41,151 nt of DNA from positions 1 to 41,151 of the forward strand of contig RBNJ01000113.1 in the NCBI GenBank assembly GCA_003990765.1. Reading direction: 5' to 3'. Made by a program: the position numbers and the translations under genes. The notes beneath the pieces are model-generated. The model was given only the letters and a program-made list of their open reading frames with translations, was not told where the DNA came from and ran no database searches. Source of the DNA: Jimgerdemannia flammicorona (lineage: Eukaryota). The number at the start of each line of letters is the position of its first letter. Positions within the stretch are counted from its first letter, which is position 1. This document shows, in pieces, positions 1-11,295 of the stretch.

Positions 1-43
1 TTTTTTTTATTTTTTTTTTTTTATTATATATATATATTTTTTT

Positions 44-749
44 TATTATAAAACGAGTAGATAATAGAGAAATAGTTTAGAGCGAGATGTGATACTGTTA
101 TAGCAGATATGAAAGTCGGCGGTAAGAGGTCAAAACAGAAGAAGCAGTAATCTTATGTGAATTTTCATGATGGAACAAAAGCAAGCAGAATAAAGTATTT
201 TCTAAAGTAAGGTGCAATAGATCTGCAACCCGCCCTCAGTACTACAATACGTAGTGGTCTTTATTCATTATGAGAAACAAAGTTTGGGTAAATAAAGACA
301 CAGATCTAACCCCAGAATTCCGGAATCGGATAGGTGCATAAGTACCCAGACCTTGCCCCGATCCAAACAAAGGTCTGAATCGGGCTTCATCGATCTACAC
401 ATGTGATAGGCCATTAAAAATCTGATATAGTAATAATCGGAAAAAAGGTTCCGGTCATGTGATCTAATGTTACACATACAGGAAACAATGCTAAAAACGG
501 AACTAGACCAATGACACATCACATGTCGTCACGTGATTATCACTTATAGGTTTAAAAACCTAAAAATCATCAGCACCCAAAGACATAGGCATCAGGCCTA
601 GAGCCTTATGACTGGAGCAGAGTAGAGCCTCGGCATCAGAGCGAGCAAAGCAAGCAGAGGTAGACAGGTGTCATGGAGCATAGGTATGCAGGTGTCAGGC
701 CTAGAGCCTTGCGCCAGAGGTTGTCTGGTGATTTTTCATGTTTTTAAAC
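44..749 (-). repeat. PLE terminal repeat (pseudo-LTR), 3' end of left copy
   Basis: Aligns directly to 8924-9634 and as reverse complement to 13328-14034. Contains an internal inverted repeat at 550-569/729-749. Confidence 0.92.
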
Positions 750-779
750 ATTGCACGGCATGTACAAGCAGTGCAGCCT

Positions 780-2789
780 TCAAGGAGGACTTAGAGTGAA
801 GCTGGTATTTGAGACGGTGTTAAGAATGGTAAAACCATTCTTCTGGGCAATGATAGGTCGCTGGGCAGTTGCAGGGAAACCAAAATGAAGCAAAGCAGTA
901 TGTAGAGTCTTGTCAGGCTGTTGATGTAGCCATCGGGCCATATCATATTGGATGACAAGTAATGGGGGAGGAAAAGCGGAGTGGGGAATAGGGGGGTGGG
1001 AAATAAGGGGAGGGGTGAGAAGTAAAGTTTGGACCTCAAGCCAATCAACTAAACTCAACTAAGTGGTTACAACATCAACAGAGTATCCTTTCCTATGAAC
1101 CAGGAACTCGGCTAAGAGCCGACACTCATCAAGCCAATCACGGCGATACAAGCAGAGTAGCGATAGATAGCGGGTCTCATTTATAATGTATAGACGGAGC
1201 ATCTTCCTAGGATGATTACTCAACCAGTTGACAAACTGTGTACTATGCGGGAACTTAGCAAAGTGGCCTGTGCGGAATGGTGCGACCCAGATTTCCAGGT
1301 CCAGATAATGGCATGGTCTGGTGGACAAGAATTCCTATTCAATATGATGATATGGGGGATATACAGCACCAAAGATTGTGGCCAAGTCCATAATCGCAAG
1401 CATAAAGACAATAAGATCATCAATATATCAGCGGAACTTTAGCCCGGCTTCGATAGCTCAGCTTAGCAGATGGTCAGGCACTTGCAAGGCATGCAACTCA
1501 TGAGCGAAACCAACAAGGTTGGCGAGATCCAGGGCACAATTTGTCCCTATAGCAATACCAGACACAGAGCAGAAGGAACTGATGGCGGATGTGAACGTCA
1601 TATGGGTCATGACAATGCGGACAAGGCCAAGAATGACTTCAAGTGGCAAAGAGCCAGGGGGGAAGGCCACCATCGATAAGAAGGTAAGGCAGTCAATACA
1701 CTCATCTAATGTAATCCTAGTGTAAAAGGCAGCAAAATCCCCAGTAGCAACGTAGTTGCAATCTGACATGTCTAGATAATCTGATCGAACTAGCTGTAGC
1801 AGTTCAAGTGTATCATATAGAGGTGAATAATGCGAATAACCCAAATTATGGTACAGATGGGCTGACCACAGGCAGAGAAAGTGAGATAGAAAATGCGAAA
1901 TCTCAGTCATGGGAGAGTTAAAAGCACCAATGATAGGACGCCATGCCATGCAAGCCCCTTTGTATACCTTGGGCAAAGCATGAAACATAGGCATCTTACA
2001 ATTGCTAGGCTCTATGAGGTGTTCCCAAATTGGCATACAATTTCTGTTGCTGATACAGAACTCGAGTAGACCCAACAGGTCTAATCTCACTGATTCCTTA
2101 ACATCATCAATTGTAGAGGGATCATTCACATACACAGGATTGTGAAGGAGAGACCGAAGACCATCGAGATAAAGAGTATGCAGAATTATAGTGAACCTCA
2201 GATTTTTGTTGGTAAGACAGACTGTAAAGTCATCATGAGTACGGACACCTTTAAGAAGGTATTGGAACTTCTTCGGTATAAGCATGCCAGACACATTTGT
2301 TATGGGTCGGATAGCTTGATTCAAAGTGGTACTCATATAGAGCATAATTTACATATTTTCCATACAGTGTGGTGGTCGCTATTTAGATGGTACCCAGGTG
2401 GAGATCTCCGGGATATCATCAGGATTACCCATGGAGGTCCAGAAGGTAGTAAGGTCAAGATGCTATTGGAACAACAACAACGAAATCGGGTTGATGGTGC
2501 TGTTCATCAATGCTGACCCAGGGAGAACAAACTTAGGACCAAAATTCAGCATATACATGAGCTCAGGGGTAAGCCAAGGCAGAGGTATATCTGTAACAAA
2601 GCTCTCCTCAGTAAACATCTGAAACCGAGGGATGAAAAACTGACTTAAGTGAGAACCAGAAAGAGAAGACATGAAGGCAAAATCCTCAATTGGTGTCGAG
2701 GCCACTACCCCATATGGAATGGGGACATCGGGGCCAAACCACACTGCCAGGAAGTCATATAAGATATCTGGGCTAGGGACCTCTAGTTT
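780..2789 (-). pseudogene. PLE reverse transcriptase ORF2 (left copy), point stops only
   Basis: Track ORFs 2463-2744, 1458-2345, 1059-1328 and 780-1058 share one frame. Motifs: LNFGPKF, LPKVYK..WRPII, GDFAAFYTRI, GIAIGTNCALDLANL, YIDD, YLDLEI and the thumb motif SNHP. No GIY-YIG domain before the stop. Confidence 0.88.
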
Positions 2790-3800
2790 TTTGAAGCTAG
2801 AGGGCAGACATCGCCAGCATTATGCCAGATAACATGATATTTGGCAGCAGTACACTTGTTGCACTATGGCACAAATGCCCTGGTGGCGCTCTTAGATGAG
2901 TGGCTCGAAGTCAATGAGCGGCTGGTCCTGGTAGAAGTGGAAGAAATGGATGGGGAAGGTGAAGCCTTATGCACTCACTTGACCCCTTTTACAGAACCCA
3001 CTGTCATGGCAGGGGCTAGGGGGCAAGGACCCCGGTGGGCCTTTATAGATACACCAAGGTGTCCAGAACAGCTATAGCAGTTCAGCACAGCAGAGGCCGA
3101 AGTCACATCCACCACCTTGGCCTTTCCCGCAGCCTCTGCAGGTGCAGCGGTAGAGGGTGGGGGGGTGGGGACACTCTTTTTCGGCTGGGCGGAACTGGCG
3201 GCAGTAGAAGCAAATGTGCATTTGGTACCCAGAGTAATGATCTCAGAGCACTTTCCAAGCTCCTCAATTATGGTCTTATGGGCAGCAGTAGAAATCCCAT
3301 CTTGCAGAGAAGAGGACACAGGGACAGTCGGGTGGACTGCAGTGGTGGCAGCTTTGGCAGCAGTGGCAGTGGCAAGATGGCAAGATTGACGCATGACAAC
3401 ATTAAAACCACGAAGCAGAAACAAGTTTGTCTTGGCCCTGTCGGCAGCAGTGAGGGAGGCAATATTCTTGCCAACCCCTTGAGTGATACATATCAACAGA
3501 TATCCCAAAGAAGTTATGGGCATCGGAAGACTCACCCATGGCCTTGTCGATTTTAGCATGCTGGTCCTTAGCGTGCTGGGTGGTGGCATCTTGATCGGAG
3601 ATAGCAGCCTCGATCATGGCAGTGGTACAGCACTTAGCTTCTGCCGAAGTAGTAGAAAGGGCAGCGTTATACTATTTCTCTAAGAGGAGGGCAATCGCAG
3701 CAGTGACCTTCTTGGAAGGAGTAAACTTCCAATCGACAACTTGAGCTCTCAAAAAAGTAGCCCAGCACTCACGCACAATGGTAACCTCGAGAGTATGAAG
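2783..3800 (-). pseudogene. PLE ORF1 (left copy), C-terminal part
   Basis: Homologous to the region of the right copy from about 10278 to 11295. Has a 4-nt frameshifting insertion at 3487-3492 and is split by the copia insertion. Confidence 0.8.
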
Positions 3801-3924
3801 TATTGGGATGGTAACTCAATATATCAGCACGTGGTTGATGATTTCATCAGTCTGACATCATCAATCTATAATGCATAAAATATGCATCCTATGCAAGTTC
3901 AATAAAACACCCTCTTTCCTAACA
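3801..3924 (+). repeat. copia 5' LTR
   Basis: TA(=TG)TTGGG...CCTAACA. Differs from the 3' LTR at 18 positions by manual alignment. Contains AATAAA. Confidence 0.95.
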
Positions 3925-3926
3925 AA

Positions 3927-3941
3927 GGTTATGAGCCCCGC
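3927..3941 (+). other. Primer-binding site complementary to the anticodon arm of initiator tRNA-Met (half-tRNA priming)
   Basis: GGTTATGAGCCCCGC lies 2 nt after the LTR. It is the same type as the Drosophila copia and yeast Ty5 PBS. Confidence 0.8.
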
Positions 3942-3994
3942 TAGTGTTAAGCGGCTATAGAATATATATCTCATAAATATATGCTACACTATAT

Positions 3995-6900
3995 ATGCTA
4001 GAAATGTCAGAAGAACAACCTAGCAATGCAAGCAATAGTGGTAATATGCCAATCACCAACATTCTGGTGATGGGAGCAGTCCCTGTCATAAGCGTAAATA
4101 CAGCCAAAAGGTCCATCCCAATCTTCAATGGGAAAGACTATGCCATCTGGGTGTTCCATATGACAAATCTCCTTGACGAATGTGGCTTGGCGGAGTATAT
4201 GAAGCCACAAGCGCAGATTCAAGACTACGACCCCGCAAATGATCACCAAGCATTATGCAAAATCGCATTCATGTTATCGAACTCGCAAACGAAGCTCGTA
4301 ATGCATGCCAATACAGCCAATAAAGCATGGGAAACCCTATGCAATCATCATGTGCAAGCATTCATATCGAATCGATTCTACCTGAAATCTCAACTATTCA
4401 ATCTCTGAATGAAGCCCAAGAAAAGTATCTGAGAATATGCCAATCATGTCGACGACCTGGTGAATCAAGTGAATTCCCTCAGCGTGTCTGCGGATTGCAT
4501 TGGCAATGAAGAGAAGGTCATAGCACTCACAAAAGGACTCCCGGATACATATAATGTTGTCGTCACAGCCATGCATGAGAGTGGCACTCTCATGGACTAT
4601 GCCCACATAATAACAAGCCTTACGAACGAGGAAATGTGCCAAGGAAACAGTGCCAATGACAATGATGAAAGGGCATTCTATGGGTTCCGCAGACATGGCA
4701 ATGCCAAATGTGGTCAACAAGATTGACGAACCCAGACCTAAGCTCAACAATGCGATAATAGTCAGTCCAACCAATCAACCAAGTATGATGGTTACTGTGA
4801 ATATTGCAGCAAGTATAGACATAGGAAACACCAGTGCTATTACTGGGAAAATGAAAATAAGCGTGGAAGCCAGCATGGAAGTCAGCATTGGCAACATGGG
4901 AGCAATGGCAGATATCGAGGGAAGCGTGGAAATGCAAATACTGCCGAAACTGATGAAAGGAGCAACCTATTCTTTGCGCAAGCTACCAACTCCAATTCCA
5001 GTAATTATACCGCCAAATCCACCAACTCGTCGTCTATGGACCCTGGTCAGCAAAACACTTTTGAGCGGACAAAAAGTGGCAATGACATCAGCAATGAATC
5101 TGCCAATGCAGCTGACGACAATGATATCTGGCTGATGGATTCTGGAGCCACGCAACACATGATGCCACACAGGGAATGGTTCTCTATGTATGAGCCTTTC
5201 GAGCACCCTGTACCTATCAAGTTAGGAGACAACAATGTCATCTACACTCAAGGAAAGAGAAATATCAACATGTGTCTCCACGGCAATATCGTAGAACCTG
5301 CTGGTATCTTTGCAGACGTACTATATGCCTCAGACATAGGAAAGAACCTCTTTTCGATGGGAAAGATGATGTCTCACGACAACAAAGAAATACATATATA
5401 TCCAAAGAGTACAATAGTATACAATCTGCATAGCAATGAACTGATGACAGCCTTGAAACAAGGCAATCTCTATATGATTAACGGCACACCGAATGGCGCG
5501 AAAGCCTCTGCGTACGCGATAACAATAACTAAGTTCGATACCTGTAACATGTGGCATCAATGCTTAGGACATATCAGCAAAACCAGCCTTGAAAGGATGA
5601 TCCGAAACAGCTCCGTGAGTGGATTGCCAACAAATATATACCCCCAAACTGACAGTTTTTGTGAGGATTGCATGGCAAACAAAGCCTCCCAGCTACCATT
5701 CAAAGAATGACTAAGGCACGTATCCAGGATCCTCGACCTCATGCATACAGATATATGCGGCCCAATGCATATGCCATTGCACTCCAGCAAGAGGTATTTT
5801 CTCACATTTATCAATGATTATATGCGTAAAGCATACGTATATCTCCTATCGGCGAAGAGCGAAGCCTTGGATAAATTCAAGGAATTCAAAGCGAGCACCA
5901 AGAACGAGACTGGACATAGAATACGCACTATATAATCAGATAACAGATGCAAATATGTCAACAATGCATTCAGGCAATTCTTGACGAAACATAGCATCAC
6001 CCATCAAATGACGGCTCCATATATACCTCAGCAGAATGGTGTGGCTAAGCAATTTAACCATACAGCCATAGAAATGGTGCATATGATGATCAATGCTGCC
6101 AGACTATCGTATTCCTATTGGGCTGAAGCCATAAACACCATGGTGTATATATGCAATTGGTGCATATCTCAATCGCTAAGCAAAGAAGCCAGCAACAATA
6201 AGTATTCCAGGGATGATAATCTTACCTCTGAAGAGTTATGGAGCAGATCCAAACCCAATATATCCCATCTATGTATATTTGGATCTGAGGCATATGTCCT
6301 CGACAAAAGCAATGCTGTCTGGAATAAGTTTGAACCCAAGACGAGGAAGCATATATTTCTTGGGTATTTCGGCAAAGTGTATAGACTATGGGATCCAAGC
6401 AAGCAGCATATAGTCATCTTGCGTGACATATAGTTCAAAGAAAAAGAGTTGGAGATCCGCATAGAAGTACTGGTCAAAACCTCTACATCAACCTCTGCAT
6501 CCCAGCTAGCACAAATGCAGCAACCATCATCCACCTCTCCAGCAGTCAATCAAAATTATTTTCAACTGCTATACATACCTGAGCCTGAGCCAAGAGTAAT
6601 GGAGATCAAAGACGAAGATGACGGCGAATCCTCCAATGACGAGGGATCCTTTTCGAAGGGTAAAAAGTACTCTAACGTTTGGCGTGAAACCCACTCAGAA
6701 TTAGAGAGTTATTGGGATATGCTAGCAAGCTGGAGATAACATAAGGACCATGTGAGCTATGCAGAAGCATACGAATATGCGTATATCGCAACATCTTCTG
6801 GCGAGCCAAACACATATGATGAGGCTGTACAATGCACTAATAATAAGCAATGGAAACAAGCTATGGAGGAGGAATACAATTCACTCATCCAGAACGAAAC

Positions 6901-8393
6901 ATGGGATCTAGTATCTCTTCTGCCAAACCATCAAGCAATCGGATCAAGATGGGTGTATAAGCTAAAGCATAATGCCAAAGGAAACGTAGAGTGGTATAAA
7001 GCTTGCTTTATCACTAAGGGTTATTCGCAGGACTATGGCATAGACTATGATGAAACCTTTTTATCTGTATTCAAGCTTACTTCGCTTAGAATACTCCTTG
7101 TAATCGGCATGCTATACGACCTAGAAATCCACCAAATGGATGTTAAGACAGCCTTCCTGAACAGTAATGTGGACACTGAAATATGTTTGCCAACCATAAG
7201 GATACGAACTATACGACAACCAGAATGGCAAGCTCGTATGCCGATTACATAAAGGATTATATGGCATTAAACAAGCGGTGTGTCTATGGAATAAAAGGAT
7301 TGATAAACATCTTCTTGACAATGGATTCAAGCATTGCGAGGCAGACAATTGCATATATGTCCAATACTATGACGACGGCATAGTGTTTATTGGCATATGG
7401 GTTGATGATATCATCATCGTAACCAGCAAGAATAGGCTTAATGGAGTAAAAGAAACTCTATGCCGCGAATTCAAGATAACCAACATGGGCGACACATCCT
7501 TTCTTTTGGAAATATCCATCATGTGTGACAGGAACGCATGTGCCATATACCTCTCGCAAGCAACATATGCTCAAACTGTCCTCAAACGCTTCAATATGAA
7601 TAAATGTAAGCCTGTCGGCACTCCTATAGAGACTTCCGTAAAATTAAGGAAGCCCGACGACAACACTACACCTGCTGACAACATCCCCTATCGATAAGCG
7701 GTCGGTTCTCTTATGTACCTCATGCTTGGAATGAGACCCAACATATCCTATGCCATCAATAAGGTGGCATAGTACTCATCCTGCTATGATAACTCGCATT
7801 GGAGCGCCGTTAAGAGAATTTTCAGATATCTTAAGAGTACGGCACACTATACGCTCACCCTCGGCAGCGGATTAAGCAGGAGCAATGGTAAGAGCAATAA
7901 CATCCAGCTATCTGGTGCATGTGACACCAATTGGGCAGATGATTTAGATGACCGCTGATCTATGGCTGGATATCTCTTTCACATCGATGGCAAAGGATCC
8001 GTCATTTCATGGCAAACATGCAAGCAGAGTTCCATGGCAACATCGTCAACACAGGTGGAGTACCAGGTACTGTCATTGGCAACAAAGGAAGCTATTTGGC
8101 TCCACGAGCTTTTAAAGGAACTCAGATTCCCTCAGAAATGCACTACACTATGTCAGGACAACCAGTCTATGATTGTACTCGCTAAGAACCCAATACACCA
8201 CAACAGAATGAAACATATCGATATACAGTACTATTTCATTCGCGAATGCATAGACAACAGCGCTATACACCTGGAATACATTCCCACGGAGTATATGATT
8301 GCAGACTCATTGACCAAAGCCCTTCCAAGGCCGAAGTTCAAGCTATGTACTAAAGGAATGGATCTTATGAGTCTTACGCTAATATCTGGTTGA
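3995..8393 (+). pseudogene. copia gag-pol polyprotein
   Basis: IPIFNGKDYAIW (gag), CEYC-x4-H-x4-C knuckle (~4797-4838), WLMDSGATQHM (protease), WHQCLGH/CEDC/HTDICGP (integrase), QMDVKTAFL and WVDDI (RT), KHIDIQYYFIRE (RNase H). Many stops and some frameshifts. Confidence 0.93.
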
Positions 8394-8641
8394 TCACAGG
8401 ACACTTTTCAGACTGTTAAAAGCCTCACACCACATTCTACATCTATATATGTTTGTTACATCCCTCATCTGCGAGTAGATAATATTACTTGCATTTCTGC
8501 AAATATTTCGGGTATTTCGAAGTACTCTTCAACCCACGAAAATTCAGTATTTTGGGTTACATGCAGTTCTTTTTTTTGGGAACATTCTGTATCCCCTTTT
8601 TTTTTCTCTCTTACATATATGCATATCTCGTTGAGCGGGAG

Positions 8642-8765
8642 TGTTGGGATGGCAACTCGATATATCAGCATGTGGTTGATGATTTCATCAGTCTGATATC
8701 ATCAATCTGTAACATGTGAAATACGCGACCTACACAAGTTCAATAAAATGCCCTCTTTCCTAACA
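8642..8765 (+). repeat. copia 3' LTR
   Basis: TGTTGGG...CCTAACA, preceded by the purine-rich GAGCGGGAG (PPT). Confidence 0.95.
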
Positions 8766-8770
8766 TGAAG

Positions 8771-8917
8771 CACTCCAATGCAAGCAGTATGGAAGCTAGC
8801 AGGGACCTCGGCAAGTGAAGCAGTCAAGAAGATGGCCAGGTCATTGAAGTTCGCCAAATCGGCGAAAGAAGCTTTGGGGATGGCAGCATTGCCATCTACA
8901 TTCATGTTATCTGTCAT
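8771..8917 (-). pseudogene. PLE ORF1 (left copy), N-terminal part
   Basis: MTDNMNVDGNAAIPKASF matches the start of the right-copy ORF1 at 10135. Confidence 0.82.
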
Positions 8918-8923
8918 GTTGTG

Positions 8924-9634
8924 TATTATAAAATAAGTAGATACATAATAGAGAAATAGTTTAGAGCAAGATGTAATACTGTTATAGTGGATATGAAAGT
9001 TGGTGGTAAGAGATCAAAACAGAGGAAGCAGTAATCTTATGTGAATTTTCATGATGGAACAAAAGCAAGCAGAATAAAGTATTTTCCGAAGTAAGGTGCA
9101 ATAGATCTGCAACCCACCCTTGGCACCACAATACATGGTGGTCTTTATTTATTATGAGAAACAAAGTTCGGGTAAATAAAGACACGGATCTAACCCCAGA
9201 ATTCCGGAATCGGATAGGTACATAAGTATCTGGACCTTGTCCCGATCCAAACAAAGGTCTGAATCGGGCTTCATCGATCTACACACATGATGGGTCATTA
9301 AAAAACCCGATATAGTAACAATCAGAAAAAAGGTTCTGGTCATGTGATCTAATGTTACACATATAGGAAACAATGCTAAAAATGGAACTAGACCAATGAC
9401 ACATCACATGTTGTCACATGATTGTCACTTATAGGTTTAAAAACCTAAAAATCATTAGCACCCAAAGGCGCAGACATCAGGCCTAGAGCCTCATGACTGG
9501 AGCGGAGTAGAGCCTTGGCACTGGAGCGAGCAAAGCGAGCAGAGATAGACAGGCGTCATGGAGCATAGGTACATAGGCGTCAGGCCTAGAGCCTTGTGCC
9601 AGAGGTTGTCTGGTGATTTTTTGTGTTTTTAAAC
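8924..9634 (-). repeat. PLE terminal repeat, 5' end of left copy (contains the palindrome centre)
   Basis: Direct repeat of 44-749, lying immediately upstream of the ORF1 ATG at 8917 (-). Confidence 0.92.
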
Positions 9635-10128
9635 CTATAAGTGACAATTACATGACGACACGTGATGTGTCATTGGTCTAGTTCCATTTTTAGCATTGTT
9701 TCCTATATATGTAACATTAGATCACGTGACTGGAACCTTACTATATCGGGTTTTTTAATGGCCCGTCACATGTATAGATCGATGAAGCCCGATTCAGACC
9801 TTTGTTTAGATCGGAGCAAGGTCTAGGTACTTATGCACCTATCTGATTCCAGAATTCTGGGGTTAGATCCATGTCTTTGTTTATCCAAACTTTGTTTCTC
9901 ATAATAAATAAAGACCACCGCATATTGCAGTGCTGAGGGCAGGTTGTAGATCTATTGCACCTTGCTTCAGAAAACACTTTATTCCACTTGCTTTTGTTCC
10001 ATTGTGAAAATTCACATAAGATTACTGCTTCCTCTGTTTTGACCTCTTACCACCGACTTTCATATCCACCATAACAGTATCACATCTTGCTCTAAACTAT
10101 TCCTCTATTATCTACTCATTTTATAATA
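9614..10128 (+). repeat. PLE terminal repeat, truncated 5' copy of right element
   Basis: Matches 13508-14034 and is the reverse complement of 8924-9454. Confidence 0.9.
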
Positions 10129-10134
10129 TACAAT

Positions 10135-11295
10135 ATGACAGATAACATGAATGTAGATGGCGATGCTGCCATCCCCAAAGCTTCTTTCACTAATTTGGTG
10201 AACTTCAATGACCTGGCCATCTTCTTGACTGCTTTGCTTGCCGAGGTCCCTACTAGCTTCCATGCTGCTTGCACCAGAGTACTTCGTACTCTCGAGGTTG
10301 CTGCTGCGCATGAGCATCGGGCTACTTTTTTGAGAGCTCAAGTTGCCAATTGGAAGTTTACTCCTTCTAAGAAGGTCGCTGCTGTAATCACCCTCCTCCT
10401 AGAGGAACAGTGTGATGCCACCCTTTCTACTACTTCGGCAGAAGCTAAGCACCATGCCACTGCCATGATTGAGGCTGCTATCTCTGATCAAGATACCACC
10501 ATCCAGTATACTAAGGACCAGCATGCTAAAATTGACAAGGCCATGGGTGGGTCTTCTGATGCCCATAACTTCTTTGGGATATCTATTGATATCACTCAAG
10601 GGGTTGGCAAGAATATTGCCTCCCTCACTGCTGCCAACAGGGCTAAGACAAACTTGTTTCTGCTCCGTGGTTTTGACATTATCGTGTGTCAATCTCACTG
10701 TCTTGCCACCACTGCCACTGCCAAAGCCACCACCGCCACAGTCCACCCAACTGTCCCTGTATTCTCTTTCCTGTAAGATGGGATTTCTGCTGCCACCCAC
10801 AAGGCCATAGTTGAGGAGCTTAAAAAGCACCCCGAGATCATTACTCTGGGTGCCAAATGCACATTTTCTTCTGCTGCTGCCGGTTCTGCCCAGCCGAAAA
10901 AGAGTGTCCCCACTCCCCCACCCTCTACTGCCACACCTGCGGGGGCCATGGGAAAGGCCAAGGTAGTGGATGTGACTTCGGTCTCTGCTATGCCAAACTG
11001 CCGTAGCTGTTCTGAATACCTTAGTGTGCCTATGAAGGCCCACTGGAGTCCTTGCCCCCTAGCCCCTGCCATGGCAGTGGGTTCTGTAAAAGGGGTCAAG
11101 CGAGCGTGTAAGGCTTTGCCTTCCCTGTCCATTTCTTCTGCTTCTACCAGGACCAGCCGCTTGTCGACTTTGAGCTGCTTATCTAAGAGTGCCACCAGGG
11201 CATTTGTGCCACAGTGCAACAAGTGTACTGCTGCCAAACGTCATGTTGTCTGGCATAATACTGGCGACGTCTGCCCTCTAGCTTCAAAAAACTAG
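10135..11295 (+). pseudogene. PLE ORF1, ~386 aa, gag-like nucleic-acid-binding protein with two CCHC-type motifs
   Basis: One frame with one internal TAA at 10774, which is CAA in the left copy. C-terminal motifs CRSC-x10-H-x3-C and CNKC-x9-H-x5-C. Confidence 0.78.
11286..11292 (+). promoter_or_regulatory. Candidate -1 ribosomal frameshift heptamer A_AAA_AAC
   Basis: X_XXY_YYZ in the ORF1 frame directly before the ORF1 TAG. ORF2 is in the -1 frame. Conserved in the left copy (GTTTTTT at 2786-2792). Confidence 0.7.

Larger units (their letters stand above)
3801..8765 (+). mobile_element. Ty1/copia LTR retrotransposon, full length, degenerate
   Basis: 124-bp LTRs, 5-bp TSD TGAAG (3796-3800 and 8766-8770), PBS, PPT, and domain order gag-PR-IN-RT-RH. 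Confidence 0.96.
44..9634 (-). mobile_element. Penelope-like retroelement, endonuclease-deficient (Coprina/Athena-type), left copy, interrupted by a copia element
   Basis: Direct terminal repeats at 44-749 and 8924-9634 flank ORF1 and an RT ORF2 on the minus strand. A T-rich tract at 1-43 is the poly(A) side. The element is the reverse complement of 9614-14043. Confidence 0.88.

Noticed and set aside
268-522. Recurrent short ORF (CRSMKPDSDLCLDR...) at 268-522, 9152-9373 and 13589-13810
   Set aside because: It recurs only because it lies in the terminal repeat. Its starts differ between copies and it has no recognisable motif.
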